Shown here piece by piece: positions 49,382-63,300 of a DNA stretch of 64,000 bases. The position numbers and the translations under genes are program-made. Source of the stretch: Eledone cirrhosa (lineage: Eukaryota); NCBI GenBank assembly GCA_964016885.1, contig OZ024747.1, positions 23,808,001 through 23,872,000 on the forward strand, in the 5' to 3' direction. Each line of letters opens with the position of its first letter. The first letter of the stretch is position 1. The notes under the pieces are model-generated. The model was not told where the DNA came from and searched no databases. It saw only the letters and a program-made list of their open reading frames with translations.

Positions 49382-52300
49382 AAAAGGCACAGTCAGAGAG
49401 GGAGAGAGGCAGACAGAGACACAGACAGATGGATAGATAAATAAATTTGGAAGAAGGGGGTAAAATGTGTCACCTTAGAAGGAAATCAGTTTTCTCTAAC
49501 AAATTCATGATAACAGGCATCAGTGTTGGAATCTGTTTCAGTATAATGTGTTCTTCAAATGGTGTACTACAGATTTCTCCAATACAGAGTAATGAACAGG
49601 CCAATAGTTGGGGACTATCTTCACGTTGTTGTAATATTTGTATGGAAACTAATAATGTCTGAAAGATAGGAGAAATACTTTTCAACTGTTGTGTGGTTAC
49701 ATATATAAACAGAACACTGTCCAAACAGAATACATTGCCTAACCACACTACACTGTCTATATATGACTTACTACACTATCTATGTATGACTTACAACACT
49801 ACACTGTTTCTATATAACTAACTACTACACTGTCTATATATAACTAACTACACTATCTCTATATAACCAACCCCTATACTGCCTATATATAACTACACTA
49901 CATACTGCATGGTAGTGAGACATGGGCAGCAACTGCAGAGGATATGCGACGGCTGGAGAGAAATGAAGGAAGCATGCTCCGTTGGATGTGTAATGTCAAT
50001 GTGCTTGGTCAAGCATAGATGAGTTGAGAGAGAAACTGTATAAGAGAGATAAGTTGAAGCATGTGGGAGAGAAGACTGCGATGGTATGGACATGTGATGC
50101 ACATGGAGGATGACCGTTGGGTAAAGAAGTGCCAAGAAATCCCAGTAGAAGGAAGACCACGAAAAACATGGGCAGAGGTGGTGAGAGCAGACCTCAGATC
50201 GCTGAAGCTCATGGTGGATATGACGAAGGACCGTGACAAGTGAAGAGATGCTGTGCTGAACAGGACCCGTCTCACCCTTGTAAGCAGGGAAAAGCAGACG
50301 TAAAATGATGAGGATGATGATGACTAGACTGTCTATATATAACTAACTACACTACCATGTCTATATATAACTAACACCACTACACTATCAATATATAACT
50401 AACACCACTACACTGTCTATATATAACTAACTATACTACCCCAATTTAGTTAAACTGGCATTCCCCTGGTTATGACGACGAGTGTTCCATTTGATTTGAT
50501 CAACTGAAAAGCCAGCTTGTGAAATTTACATGCCATTGGTTGAGTATTCCACTGACACACATACCTGTAACATAGTTCTTAGGGAGATTCTGTGTGACAC
50601 TGAATGTGACAAGGCTGGCCCTTTGAATTAAAGGTTCAATTCATTTTTGCCAGCTGAGTGAACTGGAACAACATGAAATAGAGTGTCTTGCTCAAGGACA
50701 CAATGCGCCGCTGGGAATTGAACTCATGACCTTACAATCGTGAGTTGAAAACCCTAACCATTAGGCAATGCACCTTCACACTAACCACAATACACGATTT
50801 ATGTATGACCAACCATTCTACATTGTCTATATATGAAGTACCTTGTGGCTAAATTAGAAATTATTATATGTAAATATATTGTATATGGGTTCACATATGC
50901 CTTTATTGTGAATCATGCTGTGTTAATGTTATCACTAATTAATACCAGAAATGTAGCCATGGTGAAACTTTGCAGACTTATCTAACGAACCAAGCAACGG
51001 AAACCTAGAATATTTCCCATCCTTCTCCTCAGTATTATCAACATTATTAAACTCTTAACATCCTGTAAACGATTTAGCATAAAATATCTAAAAACATGTT
51101 CGTTAATTCAAATATTTACAGTATCAGATCATTGTGAAAATTTGTTAGTATTAGTGAAAAGACTTCCATTTTTAATGTGATGTAGTTATAATGTTTTGTG
51201 GTTGGCATTAGGATGGGCATTCAGCCCTAGAAAACAAGCCCAAAACAGTTCTGGATGACCAAGAAATGGTCAGCTGATCTGACTTGTCTTATAACAGAAC
51301 TCGCCTAACCTATGCTATTGTGGAAAATAAACGTTAAACGCTGATGATGATGATGATATTGCTAATGCCGTTTCATATGGTACAATACCTTATGAGTTAT
51401 TATAATATAATATTAATTGTTTCTACTTTTTGGCACAAGGCCAGAAATTACCCAGTACATTATAATATAATATTAATGCTAGTTAAATATCTGTAGTAAC
51501 CTTGTTCAGTTGTGCTGCTCCATTACATGTGAGTTGACGACACAGTAATTTCAGTGAATACATCGCAGTCTGTGAGATAACAATACTGGAATCATCCATG
51601 GAATTCTCTGTGATTGTTTTCTTCTCAACAATGTCTGTTAATTTTGTAACCAATGGCAACAACGCACTATGCTGGAATGTAAAAAAAAAATAAAATAATA
51701 ATAACGGAAAGAAAAATATTACAGGGAAAAATTAAAACAATGTTGTCTCTGATCAAGATGAAGTGAGAGTGTATTTGATTGAATACATATAAAAATGAGA
51801 AAACTCACTGCTAGAGCAGCCGTTAAAACAGCTAAATGCTGTCAAGTATATTCAATATTAGAGAGAATTATTAGACAAAAAAATGTTAAACACTATATAT
51901 ATTTCTGTATATACTTGTGCAATGCCATCATGTGACATATTTACTGAACCTATAAAACCTCAATTCAAAATATATGGTGCATTGTTGTATGCAAAATGGA
52001 GGTAACTTATACATAAATATATACGTAAATAAGACCGTTATTAGGTTTAGGATGTTTGCTGAGAGTTAGTAAACAGTTTGGAATAATAACGGTCTTATTT
52101 ACGTATATAAATTTATATGTGTATATATATTTATATATATATATATAGTATTAAAAAGATTGGAGGACATAAACAGTATGGAGCCATTCATCAGATCAAA
52201 TCAAGGAAACAATGTTTTCTACATTTTCATTGGTTTCTTCCATTGCTGATACCATGTTGAGTGCAAATCTCATAACAACACAGTCCAGCTACAGACAACA

Positions 52301-55300
52301 AGAACACAATCAAGCAGCAGCCAACAGCAAACATTTGAAGACATCAAAGTTGAATATGTGAGGTATAATTCTTACCATGTCTTGTGGGATTTCTTCAGAG
52401 AGTTTGGTGTTAAGTAACTCCATAGATTTCTTCTGAACGGTGGTCAATTGATGAGTTATGAGTGTTGATATGACATTGATGAATACTTGGTTGGGCAGTA
52501 AGGTACACACCTGGACAGAGAGAGATGAGGGAAAATAGTAAGAGAACAAAGTAAATAGAGAAATGGAACAAGGTCAATAGAAAGAGAACAGGTAAATAAG
52601 TGGGCATATCATGAACGAAAAGGTACATAGAAAGAGAAGAGGGTAAATAGAGGGAGAAGTGGGTATATAGTGATAGAAAAAGGTAAATAGAGAGAGAAGA
52701 TGGTATATTGTGACAGAACAAGGTAAATATGGAGAGAGATAAGGGTATACAGTGACAGAACAAGGTAAATAGAGAGAGAGATGAGGGTGTATAATGAGAG
52801 AACAAGTTAAATAGAGAGAGAAATGAGGGTATATAGTAAGAGAACAAGGTAAATAGAGAGAGAGATGAGGGTGTATAGTGACAGAACAAGGTAAATAGAG
52901 AGAGAGAAGTTAAATAGAGACACATCAGGATAAATAGAGAGAGAATATGGCAAACAGATTGGTAGAGGGTCGGACGCCATGCTTTGCAGCATAGAGTTAC
53001 GGCCCTTTACGGTCTGAGTTCAAATCCTGCCGAGCTTAACTTTGCCTTTCATCTTTACGGGGGTCAATAAAATAAAGCACCAGTAATACACTGGATAAAT
53101 TGCTGGCCTTGTGCCAAAAGTAGAAACAATTATCACCATCAGTACTGTATTTTAAAAATAGCCAAAAATTTGGAAGTATTTAGTAAAATATTTGATTATT
53201 AAGTTGATGTTTGGTAGGTCACTTAACAAAAAAATTTACAAATAATTGATGGAAGGTTTTAATTATATATCTGGAGACCCAGGTCACCGGAGCGGGACCT
53301 TTGGCGCTACACAGTAATACATACAAAGTTAAACCTACAGTCAGTAGGCACCACTTAACCAAATGTACACCCCAACCCACTACCCCTACTCCATCCTCCC
53401 ACTTCCCACCAACCTTTCCCTGTAAAGATATGTTGGTACCACAGAACATTCAGTCCACGCTAAAGAGGTCATGTAGGTGTCACGACAAAAAGCACCTAGT
53501 CATTGCTGTAAAGTAGTTGTGTAGAAGATATGGTAAAAAGGCTCCCAGTTCACACTATAAATGTGGTTGGTGTTAGGAAGGGCATCCAGCCGTAGAAAAC
53601 CTGCCAGATAGTCCTATATGAAGGAGACACAGTCACCCGATCAATCTTGCCTCAAGTAGGATACTTTCCCGTCTAACCCAAGCTAGCATGGAAGATGGAC
53701 GTTAAACAATGATCATGATGAACACTTTAAAAGAAACATTTTTTAATTAAAAGAGTCAGTAAGGAAATATTAAAGATAATGACATTAATTAGGATAGCTT
53801 ACCTTATCTAATAGGTGAGATACTCGGCCTAAAAGTATTTTCCAGAAGCGTGATGTTGGTAGTTGTTGTTGTTGTTCTGCTGTCTTGGAGACTTGGTTTA
53901 GGTAGTTAAAAACAACCTCAAGTAGCTTTTCATAATGGTCTTGCAATGTAGACTCTGCAGTATTAGCTATCTATAGAGTGGACACAAAGTTTTTGACACA
54001 TATATATATATATATAATGATAAATTTAGGAAAATTTACAGAGAGGACAAGACAACAAACAAAAACAAAGCAAAACAAAAAACAATTTTATATATATATA
54101 TAGAGAGAGAGAGAGAGAACATACTTACAATAAGAGAATATAAATATACAGACAGATAAATAGATAGCTTGACATACATTATAGACATATCAGATAGAAA
54201 GAGATACATAGATAGATGCCTAGGTAGTTACATTTACAGCAGACAGATAGTAAGATAGTATTATATACTACTAACACACACCAACAGCTATCACTAATGT
54301 ACACCACTAACACTAACTCAGTCTATCAGTCTATCTTAGAGCACAGGCATACCTCATCCATACCACTGCCACCATCATCATCATTTATTGTTCACTTTCT
54401 ATGCTGACATGAGTTGGATGTGTGGTTAATAAGTTTGTTTTGCAACTAACTAGTTTTGGGTTTAATCCAACTACATGGTTCCTTGGGCAAAGTGTCTTCT
54501 ACTACAACCGTTGGTCAATCAAAGCCTTGTGCTGGTGTCACGATAAAGTGCACCCAGTACACTCTGTTAAGGGCATCCCGCTGTAGAAACCATGTCGAAA
54601 AAGGAATACATACAAAGGTTGTGGTTCTCAGCCAACTTTGTTTCAAACAAAACACCATCTTCAGTGAGATTCAAACAAGTTCAATACTTTACCCAGTGAA
54701 TGACAGACACAAAACAGTAAGTTGCGGGTTCAATACCTGGCTGATGAATTCAGTTCGTTCAAGGAGACACACAAAGAAATTCACAGATGAATATTTGAAA
54801 TGTCGCAGCTGTTTGGAGGTGTGGTACTCGGTGTTGAAGATCTCAGTGTCAGAACATCGCAGCTGTGTCACAATTTCAGGTACTGACTTTTTTTTTTCTG
54901 CACCTATGGTATGATAATAAAAATAATAATAATAATTGTTTTTACTTTTGGCACAAGGCCAACAATTATCCGAGTTCATTACTGGTACTTTATTTCATCA
55001 ACCCTATAAGGATGAAAAGCAAAGTTAACCTCGGCGGGATTTGAACTCTGACTGTAAAAGGGCGTAACTCTATGCTGCAAAGCATGGCGTCTGACCCTCT
55101 ACCGATACTGCCAATCCACTGCCCTTAAAAACATAATAATAATGGTTTCTGATTTAGGCACAAGGCCAGCAATTTTGGGGGAGGGGGAAAGTCGATTAAA
55201 CCGACCCCAGTACTTACTTTATTTTATCAATCCTGTAAGGATAGATTGACTTGAAGAAAAACAATCTCAAAATCTCATCCATGGGAAAGTGAATTTAAAA

Positions 55301-56285
55301 ATGATGATGATGAAGAAATGATGCATTGCAAACCTGTCCTACCCTTAACAACATGGAGAAACAGCTATTATACACACACACAATACAATCCATAACAGTT
55401 ACATTGTAGGGTCTATGTCAACTGGAGACAGTTCTAGATGTGTGAACGATGAACAAAATTATATTAAATGCATGAAGAAGTGCCAAGAGATCGCAGAGGA
55501 AAGAAGCTGCAATAGAGGAAAACTTGAGAAGTGGTGAAAACTGATCTCAAATTCCTCACATAGAGGATGATAAAAAAATGTAATGAGTGGAGGGAAGCTG
55601 TGCTAGAGAAAACTTGTCCAACTCATACATGGAAAATCCACACTGTAAAGTGGTTGTGTAGGTGTCATGACAAGAAGCACCCCGCCCACACTGTAAAGTG
55701 GTTGTGTAGATGTCATGACAAAAAGCACCCAGTACACACAGTAAAGTGGTCATGTAGGTGTCACAACAAAAAGCATCCAGTACTCACTGTAAATAAAGTT
55801 AGTGTTAGGAAGGGCATCCAGCTGTAGGAACTAAGCCAGAATCAGTTCTGTATGAGCAAGACATGACCTTGCTAGCATGGAAAAATTGACATAAAATAGC
55901 GATGATGATAATGACAATGACGATAACAATGAAATGTTAAACATTAAAATAATTAGTGTATATTGAGAGAGATAATTAATTAAAAATATATTTACTTCGT
56001 TTTATCTCTGTTGGTAGTTTAGATAAATACATCAAACCATTTCGGATAGCATCAAGTTGTTGTTCAGGGGAAAACTGGAAACTTAGGTTGAAAGCAAACT
56101 CCAGCTCTGATGGTAGACTCTCAGGAGACTGTGGATTACAGAATATCTTTTAGTTAGATTGGAATGGTAGATCAGGTCTTCAGAGAAAGTTGCCACAAAA
56201 ATAGCAACAAAAGCAGTGACTACATACAATAGTTGACAGAAATAGATATTAATAGAAAGGGTGAACAACATAATATATACATATA

Positions 56286-56321
<36 letters not shown>

Positions 56322-56349
56322 GTCTCCAAAAAATATATACACACTTCAG

Positions 56350-56393
<44 letters not shown>

Positions 56394-57324
56394 CATTAAA
56401 ATAAATTGTTTTATATGCATTATTTAAATTATGTAAACATTTTTGGATGTTTACATACAATTGAATTGTCTGCAGATCATTTTATTTTTGGGAAAGGCAG
56501 TGCATTCTAATAAATATTGCCTGTACAGGTAATCAAAGTATATATACATTTTTTGTGTGTATATATATGTATAATACAGGAAAAATTCCGTTATAACGAA
56601 TAGCATTATAACATTTTTTTCAGTATAACAAAATTTTTTTCAATCCCTGAGGTAATTACAAACGAACGCTCAATTTGTTTCGGTTGATCTTGTGAATTTC
56701 GTTATAATGGAATTTCACTGTATAATATATATTATACATAGCCTTACCTCAGCGTTGCTATCTGTCTGGTCCTTGGGAACACTATGAACAACACAATGTT
56801 CAACAAAGAGTAGAAGTAGACACGACAGGTGTCTACCTTGGCTGATGATTCTGGAGAGTTCCTTGAACAGCATGATACGGCGATGTGCTGGTATATGAGG
56901 GAAGGCATCGACAAAGACCTTCAATACCATTGGTATCACATCTTCCACAGTTCCAACATCAGCCTTTTGGCTTTTAGCACGTTCTTCACAGGCCTGGAAA
57001 GTTGACAGAAATATAACATTTTGTAAAACAATTAGGACACAATGCCACATCAATGGAATTTTGTAAACAGAAACTATGCAGAAACAGGTTACACACACAA
57101 AACTATGTATGTGCATGTGTGTGTATGTGATGGGTGGGTGGGGTGGACACTGCCTTGAAGGGGTTTAGCTGACCCCAGTATTTCTTTACAAGTCCGGTAT
57201 ATATTTTTTATTGAACTGCTACATCAGCATAAACATAGATACACACACACACATGCATATGTATGAGTGTATATATGTGTGTATGTTTATGATTATAAAT
57301 ACCATAGTGGGAACTTTCTGTCCA

Positions 57325-57364
<40 letters not shown>

Positions 57365-60300
57365 ACATACTGGACAAAAAGATATTGATAAACTAACTAC
57401 CAAACTTGAAAGAAATAAGTACTGAGGTTAATATGATCAACTAAACCCCTTCAAAGCAGTGCCCCAGCATGGCTGCAGTCAAATGAGTGAAACCAGTAAA
57501 AGACTTTAAAAAATAAGAGAGAGAGAATAGTGAGTGAAATGCTGAATATTTACCGCCAACAAAGCAGGAATGACTGTCTCCAATGTGCGATATATCATAC
57601 TGAAGCTGTAGGTATCATCTTGTCTCACCATTGTACCACCAACAAATGTAAACACAGCCATTACATTATGCAACAACATCTCCTGAAAACAAACAATAAA
57701 TACAACATTCAGTCATTATATTTGCTACAATATTATACATATACACACACAAACACACATATATATATATGCAGTGGAATAAGGACCCCAGTCCCTATCA
57801 TGCTACTGCAAAGTGGTTGTGGAGGTGTCACGGCAAAAAAGCACCCAGAACTCACAGTAAATGAGGTTGGTGTTAGGAAGGGCATCCAGCTGTAGAAATC
57901 AAGCCAGAATCAGTTCCCGTCCCACCCTTGCAAGCAGGGAAAAGCAGACGTATGATGATGATGATGATGATGATATAAATATATATATATATATATATGT
58001 AAAAGTTCTATTTAAATTGTTGGGATATAACAAGCAAATATTTTTATAACTGATATAAAGCACTCAACAAATATTTGGAGTAAAAATACAATATTAACAA
58101 ATGGAAACTATATTTATAAAACCATATTTATTTCATTATACATATTTCAAGGACACCAAGTTAAATTATGGTGTGCTTTCATCAGATAAAATATAATATA
58201 GATCAGTTTTATAAATAAATATTGACATACCCTTAAAGAATGCAACCATTACTGTTGGAAGCTCCCGGATAGTGGGGTTATAGCGTTAATTATTAGTATT
58301 GGATATTTTTTAAATAAGCCGTTGGGTTACGGCGAAATAGAAAGACAGAGAAGGAAAGAGAGAGAGAGAGAGCGGAATAAACAGAGAGAGAAATATGGAG
58401 AGAGAGAGGAGACGGAAAAAATGAGAGAGAACGAAAAACTCTAAGTCATATCTGTTGAGTTAACTTAACAATTGAGATGAAATGAATAAATAAAAATTAG
58501 AAATGTTAATAATCATGAATGGAATATACATATATAATATGAGAAATTTAACCATTGTTTAAATATGATAAGATGTTTAGTTAATCAGTTAAATATTGAG
58601 ATCAATATATTAAAAATTGGGATCTATATATTAAGAAATCCATATATTATTAAAGATCTATATATTACACAACACGTATACACACGCAAAAAATACGTAC
58701 ATATAAATATATATACACACTTATAAAAATACATATCTAACTACGTATATAACATATACATACAAAATATAAAGGATTCTTTAATTTAATTTAAGATATA
58801 GGAATCTTATAAAATGTTAAATTGTTAAGATATTAAAGGAAATTTTATGTTATACACACTTTATGTTATTAAACAACATTTTTTATATAAGTTTTATAAG
58901 ATTACCTGTTATGTATTTATGGCAGTTATTATATGTCTTTTTGTCACAAATCTTGGGATAATCACTATACATAAGTGCGATCGAATTATATGGATAAACA
59001 CGCAGATGTACATACACAATTCCCACATATACATACATATATGTACCCTCACAAATAGGTAGATACGCATCACGTATATATAAACATACAGATAGACATA
59101 CACGCATAAAACATATGTACATGCATGTCAATACACACATATACATATGTATATATATATATGTATATATATATATATGTATAGGGGAGCAGTCAGCAAA
59201 GTTAGGATTGGCAATGAGTATAGCGAGGAATTTAGCGTACAGGTTGGGGTCCACCAGGGCTCTGTTCTTAGCCCTCTCCTGTTCATCATAGTCCTGCAGG
59301 CAATAACGGAGGAGTTTAAGACCGGATGCCCATGGGAACTCCTGTATGCTGATGACCTCGCACTCATAGCTGAATCTTTGGTAGAACTAGAGAATAAATT
59401 CCAAACCTGGAAGCAGGGACTAGAGAGAAAGGGCCTCAAAGTCAACATGACAAAGACTAAGGTCCTTATAAGTAGACGAGAAAACAGAACCCAGATCCCC
59501 TCAGGGAAATGGCCTTGCTCAGTATGTAGGAAAGGTGTAGGTAGGAACTCCATTCTTTGCCCCAAATGCAAACAATGGGTACACAAGAGATGTAGCGGGA
59601 TCTCAGGAAGCTTAATTAAGAATGTAGGATTCACATGCAGCAGCTGTGCTGAAACAGCAAGCAAACAGCCACAGGAAACAAGCACCACCAATCTCTGGGA
59701 GGGCCCTGTAGAAACAGTAGACAGCTTCTGCTACCTAGGTGACCGAATTAGCAACGGAGGTGGGTGCTCAGAAAGTACAATAACTAGGGTAAGAACGGGA
59801 TGGAAGAAGTTTAGGGAACTACTACCACTGCTAGCTGCAAAAGGCTTCTCCCTCAGAATGAAAGGCAGACTGTATGATGCGTGTATCCGAACAGCGATGT
59901 TGCATGGTAGTGAGACCTGGGCGCTGAAGGTGGAAGACTTACGTAGATTAGAGAGAAACGAAGCCTGCATGCTCCGATGGATGTGTAACAGTAATATACG
60001 TGAACGACAAAGCATAAATGAATTGAGAGAGAGACTGAGCATAAGAGGAATCAAATGCTGCGTGCAGGAGAGGCGGTTACGCTGGTATGGACATGTGATG
60101 CGTATGAAGGATGACAGCTGCATAAAAAGGTGCAGAGCACTAGAAGTTGATGGAAACCGCGGAGTGGGGAGACCCAAGATGACTTGGGATGAGGTGATAA
60201 AAGCCGACCTTACCCAACTACACCTCTCAAAGTCAATGACACACGACCGTGACTTCTGGCGTCACGCAGTAATACAGGGTACCCGACCTCCCATGGGTAC

Positions 60301-63300
60301 ATGCTGAAGCATATAAACAATATGCCCCCCCCCCCCCCACCGCAAGGTGGTCGTGGAGGTGCCACGGCAAAAAAGCACCCAGCCCACACTGTAAAGTGGA
60401 CGTGTAGGCGCCACGAAAAAGCACCCAGCACTCACTGTAAATGAGGTTGGTGTTAGGAAGGGCATCCAGCTGTAGAAATCAAGCCAGATCAGTTCCTGTA
60501 TGAGCAAGGCATGGTCAGCCGACCAGACACTGCCCACAACAGGACAACCCGTCTAACCCATGCTAGCGTGGAAGAACGGACGTAAAACGGTGATGATGAT
60601 GATGATGATGATATATATATAAAAATTTGTCGATTGGCTTTTGTCAAATCAGACCGAGGAAACAATGTTTCCATTGGTCTTTCAAATTGCTAATACTATC
60701 TATCAGTTGCAACTCTGGGTAGGAGTAACGTGAAATAAAGTGTCTTGCTCAAGGACATAACGCATTGCTCGGTCCAGGAATCGAACTGACAACCTCACGA
60801 TTGCAAATCCAGTTCTATAACCAATCAGCCACACGCATTCATATATATATATATATGTATATGTATATATATGACTAACAGACAAATGTAGAGGAACAAA
60901 GCTGTTTAGATGAACAAGGGCCATAGAAATATAATTGACAACAAAGATGATAACACGGGCTGGAAAAAAATATCTCCATGGTCATTAGCTGTCAGCCTTG
61001 AGTCCTAAATAACAGTGCTGCTGGTTTATTGGGGGTCATTAACAAGATAAATGAATAATTTTTCTTTTTCCTGTCCCCATGTCCCTGTTTAAGTCACATT
61101 CCTTGTCCTTTACAGTATATTATGGTATGTATATAAATTTAAAGATACCAACACTAATTACATCATATAGAAAAAAATGATAAAAATATTCAGTACATCT
61201 TCAAGTGAAGTCATTTTTTTCCTTTTTTCAAATATACATATATCATCATCACTATTTTACGTCCATTCTTCCACGCTAGCATGGGTTAGACAAGTTGTCC
61301 TGTTATGGGCAATGCCAGATCAGGTGACCAGAACTGATTTTGGCTTGGTTTCTACAGTTGGATGCCCTACCTAACACCAACCTCATTTACAGTATGGGCT
61401 GGGTGATTTTTTGTCGTGACACCTACACCTATATATAGACTTTGACAAGCTGATATATAAAATTGTTGATACAGCATATTGAAATTCAAATTGTCCTAAA
61501 ACATACATCGGATTAGCGATTCTAGATGTAATCACTTACATATTAACGAAACACTTGTCAGTTACATAATATATATTGATCCTTCAATTGTGAAATTGGT
61601 GTGTTCATGTAATTTATTAATTTCTCTCTCTCTCTATATATATATATATAAACCCCAAATTTACATTTCTTCTTTACTGATCAGTTTACAATCTATTGGG
61701 TTTTTTAGAGTAGAAGAATATACACATGCACACACATACAGAGCTTATGTCTTACCGGATCTATTTTAGCAGCAACAGTAAGCAGTAAAAGAGCATGGTG
61801 ATGTGTCTGTGGACTGCTGGATGTACGGATACATTTCACGATAAGTTCCATGTCAAACTTCTGGGTTTGAAGAATTGCTGTGAAGTATAAAATAAAGCAG
61901 ATGAGACCAGATATAAATGGAAGAGAATTGTGTAGACAAATCAGTGGGACTGAGGTGTAGGTGTTACCGTGGAGATAGAAATTGTGGGAGTATTAGGGTG
62001 TAATCATTGGAGACAAGGTATAGGGTGTTACTTTGGAGATCTGAGGTGTGGGACTAATGGGAATATTGATGTGTAACTATATATGTATTGGCAAACTGGA
62101 GATCTAGCCTTGATGGATGCCTACTATGTTACTAACTTCACTTTGTTGACTGTAACATGGTTGAAGAGGATAAGTCTAATTATTAGGACAGCATTTAATC
62201 CAATGCTGTAGTGACAATGGGTCACTAGAGCATTGGATTAAATACCTCAAAATTTGTTCTGGCCCTCTGTGCTTGGTGTTCAAATCCTGCTGAGGTCAAC
62301 TTTGCCTTTCATTCTTTCAAGATTAATAAAACAAAGTATCAGTCCAGGGGTGGGAGATTGGCAAAATCATTAAAGAGTTGGATGGGATGCCTTGCAGTAT
62401 GTTCCAGCTCTGTGCGTTCTGAGATCAAATTCCACTCCTCATTACTGTAAAAGCAGTGACACTTCTGCCAGATAGTATTCCTCTTTCCCAGCATCTCATG
62501 TTGAGAAATTAGCCGAAAAAATCATGATCATTCTAAAATACCAATTGAAATATGTTCATGAGGTTGCATACTTTTGCTGTATGGTGAAATAATTGTTTCT
62601 ACTTTAGGCACAAGGTCAGCAATTTTGGGGGAGGGGGAAAGTAAATTAAATCGACCCTAGTATATTACTAATGCTTTATTTTATTGACCCCATAAGGATG
62701 AAAGGCAAAGCTAACCTTGGCGAGATTTGAACACAGATCGTAAAGAGGTGTAACCCTATGCCATAAAGCATATTGTCTGACGTCCTACTGATACTGCCAT
62801 TCTACCACCCTTGTATAGTGAAATAATGATTAGAATTACAGAAGATAATTAGATGTGAAAGTACATGGCTTACTGGTCATGATCATATAGTTGGGGGTTT
62901 CAGGGTTTCATTTCTGGATCAGCCAAGACATTTCAATTCATGTCTCTTGTTCAAAGGGGATTCTTCAGGACTGGAGGATCCCTTTCAAGAAACCTCCGAT
63001 GAAACCAAATAAAGTTGTATAGGTGTGAGCTGTTACAATGTATGCATATGTGTGTATCAATATTTTTGTAAAACTGGAGCTCCTACCATTAACTCTTTAG
63101 CATTTAAATCAACCATATCTGGCCAGAATTATCTCACCTCTTTCTGTTCAAACCGGTCATAACTGACTGCTCATACTGACATTAAGGTATTGTTCCCAAA
63201 ATAAATAATATCAAAATCTTGTAGATTCGATATTATGTGAGATAATTATGTAAGATAAAGCCTTTACCACAAAAATACAATAGTAAATATAGAGTAATGT

